64,000 bases of DNA from a virus (IMGVR_UViG_2838247499_000001:1-64000), one strand, 5' to 3'; numbered from the stretch's first letter, positions 8,162 through 18,341 are shown. Numbers and translations: made by a program. The notes: generated from the sequence alone by a model not told the origin.

Positions 8162-11044
8162 TCAGGGCATTTGCGATTTGAGGTTGTGGCACAGCAGGCC
8201 ACCACCGAAGTAGGTGCCGGCGCCCTTGACGATGAAGCTGACGACCTGGCCCTCACCCATCGCCAGCACGGACTCGACGATCGCCTCGTCCATGCCGATG
8301 ATGTGATCGCCGGGGCGCAGGTTCTGCACCTCGACCCAGCCCTTCTCGGCCACGGCGAAGCGGTGCTTCTCCGACCACTCGGTGGCCTGGCCATTGGCCA
8401 GCTTCACGCGGAAGCGCTGCTTCCACATGACGGTCAGCTGGTCCACCACGCCACCTTCGGCGATGGGCTCCAGCGTCTCGTCGTTCACCGCGGCCAGGCG
8501 TGCGCCGTTGTAGAGCGAGCCGGCCTCGACTTCCTTGCCGTTGAGCAGCCGCACCTTGACCCACGGGGCAGGGCAGAAGCCACCCATGGCGCCACCACCA
8601 GCCGAGCTCGAGCCAGCCACACCCGTGATCGTGGTCGAGCTCAGCAGACCACCGCGCACCGTGCTCGGTGCGAAGTCCTTGGTGGCTGACCAGCCGTAGG
8701 TGTTGCCCAGGCGGATGCGCAGGTAGCCGCTGTACTGGTTGTTGCTCTCGAGCTGCACACCCGGGCTGCCCGGCGTGGCACCGCCACCGGTCTGCTGGTA
8801 GCGCCAGCCCCAGTGCCAGCTGCCCCAGGCCTCGCCCGTGCCGCCGTTGTACGAGCGCGAGGGGCAGGCCACATAGCACTCGGTGAAAGGCGCAGTCGAC
8901 GATGCAGTCTGGAAGTACTGCACGTGGATCTGCGTCATCGCGTCCAGGTTGTCGCTGTACGTGTTGTAGCTCGTGGGCGTCAGCTTGAAGCGGTGATAGG
9001 TCTGCTGGAAGTTGCTCGACACCACCTGGCTTTCCCAGGTGTAGACGCTCAGGCAGTTGATGTTCGGCGTGCCACTGCGCGTCGACGCATCGTTGTTGCC
9101 GCGCCAGAGCACCGCACCACCGGCCAGGCTGCCGTCGATGCCGTTGACCAGGCGGAACCAGTAGTCCGTGAACAGCACCGAGCCAAGACGGAAGGATCCG
9201 GCCGCAACCTTGAGTGCCTCCTGGCCAGCCTGCGACGACAGCTTGGCGCCGGCGGTCGGATAGCCCGAGCCGTCCTCGGCGTAGTTGGAGGTGCGCAGGT
9301 TGTTGATGTAGAGCGAGTCGATCGCCGCGGCCTGCATGTAGACGCCGATGTTCGAGGCGCTGATGTTCAGCGTCTTGCCGTCCACCAACTCACGCACCCG
9401 ACCACCACCCCAGGCCCAGCGACCCACCGCCAGCTGGGCGTAGTTGCCCAGCACCAGGAGCTTGGCCTTCACCGCGTTCGCGGGAATGCTCGCCGTGCCC
9501 AGCGGGCCGATCTTGATCGTGTAGAAGGAGCCACCGACCGGAATGGTCTGGCCCGTGCGCCCGAAGTAATGGTATGTGCCCAGCGCTCCCCAGCCCGTCG
9601 AGCCTGAGGTGTTCGCCACGATCGTGTCGCCATTGGCGTCCAGGAACTGCACGCCCAGATAGAACTGGCTGGCCGTGGCACCGAAGGCATACAGCGCAGT
9701 GGAGATCTCATAGGACAGGTTCGGGCTGACCGGGAACGGCGCCGAGTAGATGTCCGCGGACAGGCCATCTTGCTTGTCCCAGGCGTTCTGCAGCCCATCG
9801 GAGCCAGGACTGAAGTTCGGGTAGTACACCGGCGATGCGCCGCTGTTGACCTGCAGCTGCCACTCGTCCTTGTTCTGCAGCATCGGGTCGCTGTTGACGT
9901 AGCCGCCCGCCACCGAGCCCTGCATGCTGCCCGTGTAGCCGGCTGCCCGCAGGTTGGCCAAGCCGCCACCGATCTTCGACCAGTCCAGGCCCAAGCCGGC
10001 GCCCAGGATCACGTTGCCCGATGCGTCCTTGATCGTCAGGCCCTTGGTGTCGATCTTGTCAGCGGTGAGCTGCGAGATCATGGCGTTGTTCATGTAGACC
10101 ACGCCGTCCTGCACGATGAAGGGCTTGACCTTGTCGGGACCGGTCTTGCCGATCCAGAAGCTGTCGACATCGAAGCCAGCAGCAACAGTGGTCCCATCGT
10201 TCCAGACCCCGAAGCCACCGGCCAGGCCGTTGGAGTTCAGCCGCACCGTGTAGAGCGTCTTGGCCACGCCCACATCGTCCACCGCGGCCTGGACATCCAA
10301 CTGCACCTGGGCGATGTCGTCATTCACCCTGGCTTCGAGCTGGGTCATGTCCGTCGCCAGGGCGCTGTCCGCCGACACCCGGGCCGTCTGCTCGTTCAGG
10401 ATCGCCGCGGCGTTGTTGCTGCCAGCCACCGCCACCAGGTTCACCTGGTCGACGAGAGCTCCATCGGCAGCCTGGCGCTGCGCCACCTCGTTGGCCACCA
10501 GCGTCTTGTAGGTGTCCAGGTCCCCCTGGGTCGCTTCGAGCAGCTCTTGTAGCGCCTGCAAGGCCGCAGCACGGGCTGCCGTCTCGTTGGAGAGATCCGC
10601 ACCCAGCGTCGTGATGCTGTCGATCTTCTCCTTCAGGGCCAGCGCCAGCGCGCTGTCGTCGATCTGCCCCGTCAGCTCCTCGATGATCTGAGAAACCAGC
10701 GGCTGGGCCATGGCTGAGGCCGGCCCGATCGGATCGCCAGCGAAGCCGGTGTTCTTGGACACCAGCTTGATCCAGTAGTAGTACAGCTGGCTCGTGTTGC
10801 GCTTGTCGAAGTAGTTGTCCCCGCCTGCGCGGGCAACCAGCAGCGCCTGGTTGAAGTCGGCATTGATGCCGCGGTAGATCTCGACGTAGGCCACCGCCTG
10901 GGGATTGATCCCGGGCATGGTCCAGCTCAGCTCGATGCCACCCCAAGCGGTGGTGGCAGTCAGCACTACGTTGTTGTCCGGATCTCCCGGCAGGGGACCG
11001 GCCCAACCGCCCGTCCCGCAGGTATCACCACTACAGGTCGTCAT
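8162..11044 (-). CDS. central tail fibre/tip protein (gpJ-like middle region) with C-terminal Hint domain
   Basis: Fn3-like N-terminus, coiled coil, KPFIVQDGVVYMNNAMI J-like motif; C-terminal C...HRF...L.PGD...HN Hint blocks. Confidence 0.8.
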   Translation of the reverse strand: MTTCSGDTCGTGGWAGPLPGDPDNNVVLTATTAWGGIELSWTMPGINPQAVAYVEIYRGINADFNQALLVARAGGDNYFDKRNTSQLYYYWIKLVSKNTGFAGDPIGPASAMAQPLVSQIIEELTGQIDDSALALALKEKIDSITTLGADLSNETAARAAALQALQELLEATQGDLDTYKTLVANEVAQRQAADGALVDQVNLVAVAGSNNAAAILNEQTARVSADSALATDMTQLEARVNDDIAQVQLDVQAAVDDVGVAKTLYTVRLNSNGLAGGFGVWNDGTTVAAGFDVDSFWIGKTGPDKVKPFIVQDGVVYMNNAMISQLTADKIDTKGLTIKDASGNVILGAGLGLDWSKIGGGLANLRAAGYTGSMQGSVAGGYVNSDPMLQNKDEWQLQVNSGASPVYYPNFSPGSDGLQNAWDKQDGLSADIYSAPFPVSPNLSYEISTALYAFGATASQFYLGVQFLDANGDTIVANTSGSTGWGALGTYHYFGRTGQTIPVGGSFYTIKIGPLGTASIPANAVKAKLLVLGNYAQLAVGRWAWGGGRVRELVDGKTLNISASNIGVYMQAAAIDSLYINNLRTSNYAEDGSGYPTAGAKLSSQAGQEALKVAAGSFRLGSVLFTDYWFRLVNGIDGSLAGGAVLWRGNNDASTRSGTPNINCLSVYTWESQVVSSNFQQTYHRFKLTPTSYNTYSDNLDAMTQIHVQYFQTASSTAPFTECYVACPSRSYNGGTGEAWGSWHWGWRYQQTGGGATPGSPGVQLESNNQYSGYLRIRLGNTYGWSATKDFAPSTVRGGLLSSTTITGVAGSSSAGGGAMGGFCPAPWVKVRLLNGKEVEAGSLYNGARLAAVNDETLEPIAEGGVVDQLTVMWKQRFRVKLANGQATEWSEKHRFAVAEKGWVEVQNLRPGDHIIGMDEAIVESVLAMGEGQVVSFIVKGAGTYFGGGLLCHNLKSQMP

Positions 11045-11073
11045 CCCATCCCCTTGAATCTTGAATTCTTCAG

Positions 11074-11094
11074 GAGGCTCCGCCTCTGTAATGG
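11074..11094 (+). promoter_or_regulatory. N4-type hairpin promoter candidate upstream of thyX
   Basis: GAGGC-TCC-GCCTC followed by TGTAATGG, same spacing as the early-region family. Confidence 0.55.
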
Positions 11095-11134
11095 ATTCTG
11101 AGTATCCCCAAACCCCTCACTGAGAAAGAAACCC

Positions 11135-11908
11135 TTGAAAGCACAGTATCTGAACCATTATCTCACCGACCAGGATGTGGCGAATTTCGCCCGTCAGTCG
11201 TTCGCCAAGCTGGCCGAGAATTTCACCCCGGAGCAGAACCACAACCTGATTCGATTCCTGGCCCGTGGCATGCAGTCCGGTGACTGGGAGAAACTCATCG
11301 ACGAGCTGCAGGAACAGGCTCAGGGTTTCAACCACAACCAGCAAGCGGCCGACGCCAGGCGGCAGTCCTTGAAAGACCTGGCGGTCTACCTGCGCAAGAT
11401 TCCCGAGCACTGGGTTCCCTTCGGTCACCCCCACATCAGCCTGCGTATGCAGGCGCCGATTCCCATCCGGGTGCAGTGCTTCAAGCACAAGATCGGTTTC
11501 GTGGAATCCGAGGAGAGCCGGCGCTACATCTCCAGCCGGCCAGAGGTGTTCATGCTCCCGTACTTCCGCGCCAAGGCGGCGAACGTGAAGCAGGGCAGCG
11601 GCGACATGCACCCGAACTCGGACTTCTGGCTCGACGAGTACGCCATGTCGACCCGCAAGGCGGTGCAGCTCTACGAGGACATGATCCTGGCCGGCGTCTG
11701 CCCCGAACAGGCGAGATTCGTCCTGCCCCAGGGCTGCGAGGTCAACTGGGTTTGGACTGGCTCGCTGTACGCCTACGCCAACGCCTACAACCAGCGCAGC
11801 GATTCCCATGCGCAACGTGAAATCCAAGACCTTTTCAAGCAGATCGACGAAATCATCGCGCCGCTGTACCCGGTTTCCTGGGCAGCCCTCACACGCGGGG
11901 AATACTGA
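11135..11908 (+). CDS. thyX: flavin-dependent thymidylate synthase
   Basis: HWVPF.H, phage-type KHK.G...EESRRY motif, EQARFVLP, HAQ.EI; TTG start. Confidence 0.9.
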   Translation: MKAQYLNHYLTDQDVANFARQSFAKLAENFTPEQNHNLIRFLARGMQSGDWEKLIDELQEQAQGFNHNQQAADARRQSLKDLAVYLRKIPEHWVPFGHPHISLRMQAPIPIRVQCFKHKIGFVESEESRRYISSRPEVFMLPYFRAKAANVKQGSGDMHPNSDFWLDEYAMSTRKAVQLYEDMILAGVCPEQARFVLPQGCEVNWVWTGSLYAYANAYNQRSDSHAQREIQDLFKQIDEIIAPLYPVSWAALTRGEY

Positions 11909-11960
11909 AATCCCAGTAGTACTGCAGTAGTACTACACTCTGTCCCCCATTTGATTCTCA

Positions 11961-11984
11961 GCAGCCCTCCGGGCTGCCTGATGA
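11961..11984 (+). promoter_or_regulatory. hairpin promoter candidate
   Basis: GCAGCCC-TCC-GGGCTGC with GA 13-14 nt after the loop. Confidence 0.5.
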
Positions 11985-11991
11985 ATCTGTC

Positions 11992-12033
11992 AGCTGACGC
12001 TCATTCCATCTCCTGGGAGCGTCGGCTTTTTTT
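11992..12033 (+). terminator. intrinsic terminator-like hairpin in nrdJ leader
   Basis: AGCTGACGCTC / GAGCGTCGGCT 11-bp stem, 14-nt loop, T-run. Confidence 0.65.
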
Positions 12034-12077
12034 GTCCCCAGGAGAGCTGAAACCCCCGAGACGAAACCAGCCCCCAA

Positions 12078-14009
12078 ATGCCCACTCCCCACCTCCCCAC
12101 TCCGCTGCAGGAGTATGTCCACAAAAGCCGCTACGCCCGTTGGCGTGACGCCGAACAGCGCCGGGAAACCTGGCCGGAGACGGTGCAGCGGTACGTGGAC
12201 TACTTCGGCAGCAAGTTTCCCCACTACCCCATCGGCGAGATCTACCAGGCCATCCTGAACCTGGAAGCCATGCCCAGCATGCGCGCGCTGATGACCGCCG
12301 GCCCGGCGCTCGAACGCGACCCGATGGCCGGCTTCAACTGCAGCTTCGTGGCCGTGGACGACGTCCGCGCCTTCGACGAGATCCTCTACATCCTGATGTG
12401 CGGCACCGGTGTCGGCTTCAGCGTGGAGCGCCAGTTCATCGCCAAGCTGCCCGTCGTGGGCGCCGGCGTGAAGCTGGGTGCCGACAACAAGGTCGTGGTC
12501 GACGTCGCCGAGCAGCTGACCCCCATCGACCACACGATCGTCGTGCGCGACTCCAAGGGCGGCTGGGCCAGTGCGCTCAAGGAGCTCCTGGCTCACCTGT
12601 ACGCCGGCCGGATTCCCAAGTGGGACACGAGCCGCATCCGCCCCGCGGGCGCGAAGCTGAAGGTCTTCGGTGGCCGGGCCTCCGGTCCTCAGCCCCTGAT
12701 CGACCTGTTCGTCTTCTGCGTCGAAACCTTCAAAGCAGCGGTGGGACGCCGCCTGACCTCGGTCGAGTGCCATGACCTGGTCTGCAAGATCGCTGACATC
12801 GTCGTCGTGGGCGGCGTGCGCCGCAGTGCGCTCATCTCCCTGAGCAACCTGTCGGACGACCGCATGCGCGTGGCCAAGTCCGGCCAGTGGTGGGCCACCG
12901 ATCCCCATCGCCAGCTGGCGAACAACTCGGCGGTCTACACCGAGCGCCCCCAGGCCGAGATCTTCATGAAGGAGTGGCTCGCCCTCATCGAGTCCAAGGC
13001 CGGCGAGCGTGGCATCTTCAACCGCAACGCGGCCATGAAGAAGGCACCGGCACGCCGTGACGCCAGCAAGATCGTGGGCACGAACCCGTGCGCCGAGATC
13101 AGCCTGCGCTCCATGGGCCTGTGCAACCTCACCGAGGTGGTGATCCGCGCCGGCGACAGCCTGGAGCAGCTCAAGGAGAAGGTCCGCATCGCGGTGATCA
13201 TGGGCACCTACCAGTCCATGCTCACCAACTTCCGCTACGTCCGTGAGGGCTGGAAGCGGAACCAGGAGGAAGAACGCCTCCTGGGCGTGTCGATGACCGG
13301 GATCATGGACCACTATGTCCTGAGCCATGTGACCCCCACGGCCGTGGCCTGGCTCGAAACGCTGCGCAAGCACGCTGTCGAGGTCAACGCCGAGTGGGCT
13401 GCCAAGCTGGGCATCAACCAGGCGGTGGCCGTCACCACGGTCAAGCCCTCGGGCACGGTGAGCCAGCTGGTCGACGCAGCCAGCGGCAAGCACGAGCGCT
13501 ACAGCGAGTTCTACATCCGCACCGTCCGCGGTGACAACAAGGACCCGCTGACCCAGCTGATGATCCAGCAGGGCTTCCCTCACGAGCCGGCCATCGGCAA
13601 GGAGGAGAGCACCACGGTCTTCAGCTTCCCGGTCAAGGCGCCGGAGCACGCCGTGTTCCGCAACGACCGCAAGGCCGTCGAGCAGCTCGAGCACTACCTC
13701 ATGTTCCAGCGCCACTGGAGCGAGCACAACGTGTCCAACACGATCTACGTGAAGGACCACGAGTGGCTGGAGGTCGGTGCCTGGGTCTACAAGCACTTCG
13801 ACGAGCTGGCCGGCGTGAGCTTCCTGCCTCACAGCGACCACTCCTACAAGCAAGCACCGTACACCGAGTGCTCGCGTGAGGAGTACGAGGCTCTGCTGGC
13901 TCGCATGCCCAGCTTCAACTGGGACGAGCTGGCGCTGTTCGAAGCGTCGGACGCCACGGTCAACACCAAGGAGCTGGCCTGCTCCGCTGGTGTCTGCGAA
14001 ATCCTCTGA
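12078..14009 (+). CDS. nrdJ: class II (B12-dependent) ribonucleotide reductase
   Basis: FNC, GTGVGFS, GGVRRSALI, TNPCAEI, TTVKPSGTVS, C-terminal CSAGVCEI; no beta-subunit gene adjacent. Confidence 0.92.
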   Translation: MPTPHLPTPLQEYVHKSRYARWRDAEQRRETWPETVQRYVDYFGSKFPHYPIGEIYQAILNLEAMPSMRALMTAGPALERDPMAGFNCSFVAVDDVRAFDEILYILMCGTGVGFSVERQFIAKLPVVGAGVKLGADNKVVVDVAEQLTPIDHTIVVRDSKGGWASALKELLAHLYAGRIPKWDTSRIRPAGAKLKVFGGRASGPQPLIDLFVFCVETFKAAVGRRLTSVECHDLVCKIADIVVVGGVRRSALISLSNLSDDRMRVAKSGQWWATDPHRQLANNSAVYTERPQAEIFMKEWLALIESKAGERGIFNRNAAMKKAPARRDASKIVGTNPCAEISLRSMGLCNLTEVVIRAGDSLEQLKEKVRIAVIMGTYQSMLTNFRYVREGWKRNQEEERLLGVSMTGIMDHYVLSHVTPTAVAWLETLRKHAVEVNAEWAAKLGINQAVAVTTVKPSGTVSQLVDAASGKHERYSEFYIRTVRGDNKDPLTQLMIQQGFPHEPAIGKEESTTVFSFPVKAPEHAVFRNDRKAVEQLEHYLMFQRHWSEHNVSNTIYVKDHEWLEVGAWVYKHFDELAGVSFLPHSDHSYKQAPYTECSREEYEALLARMPSFNWDELALFEASDATVNTKELACSAGVCEIL

Positions 14010-14128
14010 CCTGTCATCGGACAGAGGTGGAGAGGCCCCTCCGGGGGCTTCTCCGGCCAAACAAGCGCGCGGGATTCAGCCCTGACTCTCAAAAGAACAA
14101 ACGGCGGGGCATCAACACCACTCAGTAG

Positions 14129-14491
14129 ATGTTCATGAACCAGCAATGCAAGTCCATCGGCTGCAACACGCAGCTGCCCAAGGGAGGCCCCGACTTCTGC
14201 ATCACGTGCAGAGAAGGGTTCAGGCTCCCGAGGGACCCACAGAGCGAGGAGTCTGTGGATGCGATGGCAGAGAAGTACCCCGACCAGTTCCAACCCGTAG
14301 GAGAAGCCAAAGAGCTTGACGTCTTCGCGGTTCATCACATGTTCCGCATGAACGATCCCTCCGGGTGCCTTCACCACTGCAGCAGATTGCTGCTGATGTC
14401 CGGCGCTCAGCCGGACCCCGACGACATCGAGCAAGCCAGAGACGCACTCACGCGCTGGCTCGAGCTCAACGCCCCTTCAACCTATCTCTGA
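14129..14491 (+). CDS. hypothetical protein (N-terminal CxxC pairs; DUF3310-like C-half)
   Basis: LDVFAV...F...DPSGCLHH...DDIEQARDALTRW pattern. Confidence 0.6.
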   Translation: MFMNQQCKSIGCNTQLPKGGPDFCITCREGFRLPRDPQSEESVDAMAEKYPDQFQPVGEAKELDVFAVHHMFRMNDPSGCLHHCSRLLLMSGAQPDPDDIEQARDALTRWLELNAPSTYL

Positions 14492-14500
14492 GAGAGCCGC

Positions 14501-15520
14501 ATGGCAGCACAGTACGCCAATGTCTCCGAGGTCCCGCTGGCTTTGGCCGTGTTCCTGGCCAGCGACTACTACGACCACAACGACGACCCCTTCACGATCA
14601 GCGCCACCACGCTGCTCAAGCCGCTGCGCCAGGTCATCCTGCCCAGCCGCATCCCCGCAGGCGAAGGCCTGCCGGACCTGGCCAGCATGTTCAAGAACCG
14701 CATCGGCGCCGCGCTGCATGACGGCATCGAGCGCAGCTGGAAGGAGAACCACCAGGCCGCGATGAAGGCCCTGGGCTATCCCCAGCGCGTCATCGACCGC
14801 ATCCGGATCAATCCGAACAAGCACGACCTCGAGCTTGCTGCGGCACAGGGCCTGGACATCATTCCGGTGTACCTGGAGCAGCGACTCACGCGCAAGCTGG
14901 GCAAGTGGACGATCACCGGCAAGTTCGACTTCATCGGCGAGGGCAAGGTGCAGGACTTCAAGAGCACCAGCACCTTCACCTACAAGCACCAGGTCAACGC
15001 CGCGAAGTACACGCAGCAGGGCAGCGTCTACCGCTGGCTCGACCCCGAGATCATCACCTCGGACGAGATGGAGATCCACTACCTGTTCACCGACTGGAAG
15101 GCCAGCATGGTGCGCAGCGATCCCAACTACCCGCCCAAGGCGTTCCACCGCCAGGTATTCCCGCTGCTGGGCCTGGGTGAAACCGAGGCCTTCATCCGCC
15201 GCAAGATCGAAGCCATCGAGGCGTACTGGGACGCTCCCGAGGAGGAGATCCCGGCCTGCGACGACGAGGAGCTGTGGCGCAGCGACCCGGTGTTCAAGTA
15301 CTACAAGAACGCCGAGAACGCCAATCTCCCGGGCAAGCGCAGCACCAAGAACTTCGACACCCGCCAAGAGGCGGTGTTCTACATGAACAACGAAGGCAAG
15401 GGCCAGGGCGCCATCAAGGAAGTGCCTGGCTCCGTCATGGCCTGCAAGTACTGCCCCGCATTCCTGGCCTGCACCCAGAAGGACGCCCTGATCGCATCGG
15501 GCGACCTGTTGATGGGCTGA
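14501..15520 (+). CDS. PD-(D/E)XK exonuclease (N4 gp42-like)
   Basis: GKFD...QDFK, Q.SVY, C-terminal CKYC..C; precedes primase. Confidence 0.8.
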   Translation: MAAQYANVSEVPLALAVFLASDYYDHNDDPFTISATTLLKPLRQVILPSRIPAGEGLPDLASMFKNRIGAALHDGIERSWKENHQAAMKALGYPQRVIDRIRINPNKHDLELAAAQGLDIIPVYLEQRLTRKLGKWTITGKFDFIGEGKVQDFKSTSTFTYKHQVNAAKYTQQGSVYRWLDPEIITSDEMEIHYLFTDWKASMVRSDPNYPPKAFHRQVFPLLGLGETEAFIRRKIEAIEAYWDAPEEEIPACDDEELWRSDPVFKYYKNAENANLPGKRSTKNFDTRQEAVFYMNNEGKGQGAIKEVPGSVMACKYCPAFLACTQKDALIASGDLLMG

Positions 15521-15563
15521 AGCCAGATCACCTCCAACACCTCCCACCACTCCAAGGAGCTCC

Positions 15564-17702
15564 ATGAAATCCTTCGACGACATGGCGTATCACCCGACCT
15601 CGGAAAAGCTCGTGCAGATCCTGCTCGATCGCTCCCAGGCCGGTGAGCCGCTGTTCTTCCGCATCCTCATCGGCTACTACTTCAGCATGGCCGCGGCACA
15701 GATGCGCTGCACCATCGACTCGCCCCAGCATGGCGAGATCCCGGTCAACATGTACGCGCTCAACCTGGCGCCCTCGGGCTTCGGCAAGACGATGTCGTGC
15801 AACCTGCTGGAAAGCGAAGTGCTGGGCCAGTTCCGCACCCGCTTCCTGGAGGAGACGTTCGGCCTGCTGGCCGAGCAGAACCTGCCGAAGATCTCGCTCA
15901 AGCGAGCCAACCGCAAGGGCACGGATCCCGACGAGGAGCTCGTGCGCGTGCAGAAGGAGTTCGACTCCAGCGGCCCGATGCTGTTCAGCTTCGACTCCGG
16001 CACCAGCCCTGCTGTGAAGCAGATGCGCCACAAGCTGCTGATGGCCTGCGCCGGCTCCATGAACCTCATCATGGACGAGGTGGGTGCCAACCTGGCGGCC
16101 AACACCGAGGTGTTCGACACCTTCATCGAGCTGTACGACCGCGGCATCATCAAGTCCAAGCTGATCAAGGAGTCGGCCGACAACAAGCGCAGCGAGGAGA
16201 TCCTCGGCCAGACGCCCGCCAACCTACTGATGTTCGGCGTGCCGAACCGACTGCTGGACGGTGCCAAGACCGAGGAGCAGCTGATGCAGATGCTCGAGAT
16301 GGGCTACGCCCGTCGCTGCTTCTTCGGCTACGTGCGTGGCTCCACCAAGCCGCAGCTCACGGCCGAGCAGATGTTCCTGGCTCGAACCAACAAGGCCAAC
16401 GACCAGGTCATCGAGGAGCTGGCCGACCGGCTGGACAACCTCTCCGACCTGATCAACGCCAACAAGAAGCTCGTGCTCAGCAAGGAGAACTGCATTCTCC
16501 TGAACGAGTACCAGCTCGACTGCGAGGCGCGGGCATCCAAGATGCCTGAGCACCAGGAGGTGCAGAAGTCCGAGATGAGTAACCGCTTCTTCAAGGTGCT
16601 CAAGCTGGCCGGCGCCTACGCCTTCATCGACGATCTCCCCGAGATCACGCAGGACCACCTGTACGCTGCGATGAAGCTGGCCGAGGACAGCGGCAAGGCC
16701 TTCGAGATGCTGCTCAGCCGTGACAAGCCCTGGGTGAAGCTGGCCAAGTACATCGGCAGCGTCGGCCAGGACATCACGCAGGCGGACCTCGCCGAGGACC
16801 TGCCGTTCTACAAGGGCGGCACCAGCGCCAAGTCAGAGATGCTGACCCAGGCCACCGCGTGGGGCTACAAGAACAACATCATCATCAAGAAGTCGTTCTC
16901 TGACGGCATCGAGTTCCTCCGGGGCGAGACGCTGAAGGTGACCGACCTGGCGAAGATGGTGGTGAGCTACTCCACCGACATCGTCACCGACTACCAGAAC
17001 GAGCTCGCACCGTTCGACCAGCTGCACAAGCTGACGCAGGCGCAAGGCCTGCACTGGGTGGCTCACCACCTGACCGGTGGCTACCGCAACGAGGAGAACG
17101 CCATGCCTGGCTTCAACCTCGCGGTGCTGGACGTCGACGGCGGCGTCAACATGTCGACGGTCAAGCTGCTGCTCAAGGACCACAAGTTCTTGATCTACAC
17201 GACCAAGCGACACACCGATGACGAACACCGGTTCCGCATCATCCTGCCCATGAGCCATGAGCTCAAGCTGGATGCCAAGGACTACAAGGAGTTCATGACC
17301 AACATCGCCCAGTGGCTGCCGTTCCCGGTGGACACCGCGGCGATGCAGCGTGCGCGCAAGTGGCTGTCCCACGACGGCCACTACGAGTACAACGACGGCG
17401 TGCTGCTCGACGTTCTGCCCTTCATCCCGAAGACCAGCAAGAACGAGGAGCGTAAGCAGCTGCTGGACTCGCAGCAATCCATGGACAACCTGGAGCGCTG
17501 GGTCATCAACAACATCGGTGACGGCAACCGCAACAACATGCTGCTGCGCTACGCCATGATCCTGATGGACGCCGGCTTTGACTTCGAAGGCATCCGCGTG
17601 CGGGTGCTGGGCTTGAACGACAAGATCGTCGACAAGCTCGAGGAAGCCGAGGTCATGGGCACCATCATGGTGACCGTGGCCCGGCAGCTGGCCAAGCGCT
17701 GA
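15564..17702 (+). CDS. DNA primase / replication protein (N4 gp43-like)
   Basis: 712 aa, APSGFGKT Walker A, LDVD, GNRNN PriCT-like end; N4 synteny. Confidence 0.85.
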   Translation: MKSFDDMAYHPTSEKLVQILLDRSQAGEPLFFRILIGYYFSMAAAQMRCTIDSPQHGEIPVNMYALNLAPSGFGKTMSCNLLESEVLGQFRTRFLEETFGLLAEQNLPKISLKRANRKGTDPDEELVRVQKEFDSSGPMLFSFDSGTSPAVKQMRHKLLMACAGSMNLIMDEVGANLAANTEVFDTFIELYDRGIIKSKLIKESADNKRSEEILGQTPANLLMFGVPNRLLDGAKTEEQLMQMLEMGYARRCFFGYVRGSTKPQLTAEQMFLARTNKANDQVIEELADRLDNLSDLINANKKLVLSKENCILLNEYQLDCEARASKMPEHQEVQKSEMSNRFFKVLKLAGAYAFIDDLPEITQDHLYAAMKLAEDSGKAFEMLLSRDKPWVKLAKYIGSVGQDITQADLAEDLPFYKGGTSAKSEMLTQATAWGYKNNIIIKKSFSDGIEFLRGETLKVTDLAKMVVSYSTDIVTDYQNELAPFDQLHKLTQAQGLHWVAHHLTGGYRNEENAMPGFNLAVLDVDGGVNMSTVKLLLKDHKFLIYTTKRHTDDEHRFRIILPMSHELKLDAKDYKEFMTNIAQWLPFPVDTAAMQRARKWLSHDGHYEYNDGVLLDVLPFIPKTSKNEERKQLLDSQQSMDNLERWVINNIGDGNRNNMLLRYAMILMDAGFDFEGIRVRVLGLNDKIVDKLEEAEVMGTIMVTVARQLAKR

Positions 17703-17713
17703 AGGGGGACGAC

Positions 17714-18070
17714 ATGGGATTCAACACCACCATCGTCGTCTGCAACGACGCGCTCGGCTCCATCGAGCGGGACCCGCACTTCGGGCGCAGCCTGAGCATC
17801 GGCATCAGTGAGCTCTTTGGAGCTCGCCGCGAGGGCCGTACCACAGTGGACATCCCCTCGGGTGGCCACTGCAACGCAGCCATGGTCGTGGAGACGCATC
17901 ACGCGGACAACACGGCCCTGATCACCGTTGGCGGCAACCTGGGCATCAAGCACCTGGAAACCTACGGCTGGTCCCACCACGAGCCCGGCATGCAGGCCCG
18001 CCTCCTCGCGGAGTGGGCCGACCGGCTCGGCTTCAAGCTCGTGGCCAAGACCAAGAAGGACAAGCGATGA
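17714..18070 (+). CDS. hypothetical protein
   Basis: 118 aa, G-rich SD, ATGA overlap with next gene. Confidence 0.7.
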   Translation: MGFNTTIVVCNDALGSIERDPHFGRSLSIGISELFGARREGRTTVDIPSGGHCNAAMVVETHHADNTALITVGGNLGIKHLETYGWSHHEPGMQARLLAEWADRLGFKLVAKTKKDKR

Positions 18071-18282
18071 CCGACAGCGACATCATCGCCCGGCTGACCA
18101 GCCGCAAGTTCATCGTCGTCGTCCTGAGCATGGTGGTCAACGCCGTGCTCAGGGTCACCGACGTCATCGACAACGACGTCTACCGGCAGCTGTCGATCGC
18201 ACTGGTCGGCGGATACCTGATGGCCAACGTGGCCCAGAAGGTCGTCGCCAAGGACTCCACCTCGGGAGAGGCCAAGTCCTGA
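18067..18282 (+). CDS. small membrane protein
   Basis: MTDSDIIARLTSRKFIVVVL..., two hydrophobic segments. Confidence 0.65.
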   Translation: MTDSDIIARLTSRKFIVVVLSMVVNAVLRVTDVIDNDVYRQLSIALVGGYLMANVAQKVVAKDSTSGEAKS

Positions 18283-18303
18283 CCCGCCACAGCATCACCA
18301 ACC

Positions 18304-18328
18304 ACGGGGACCTTCGGGTCCCCGTTTT
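18304..18328 (+). terminator. intrinsic terminator
   Basis: ACGGGGACC-TTCG-GGTCCCCGT-TTT. Confidence 0.8.
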
Positions 18329-18341
18329 CATTCCACCTCCC

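Noticed and set aside
8183-8575. Canonical mobile intein
   Set aside because: No endonuclease, +1 residue is Leu, only 6 residues follow; treated as a BIL-like Hint domain
335-11044. Tail/lysis module as misassembly or foreign insertion
   Set aside because: Codon usage matches the rest, and tail genes on the opposite strand within the replication region are known from LIT1/LUZ7-type N4-likes
11958-12073. Hammerhead ribozyme (hairpin + CTGATGA ... CGAAAC)
   Set aside because: Core words are present but stems II and III do not pair and the U of the UH cleavage site is missing
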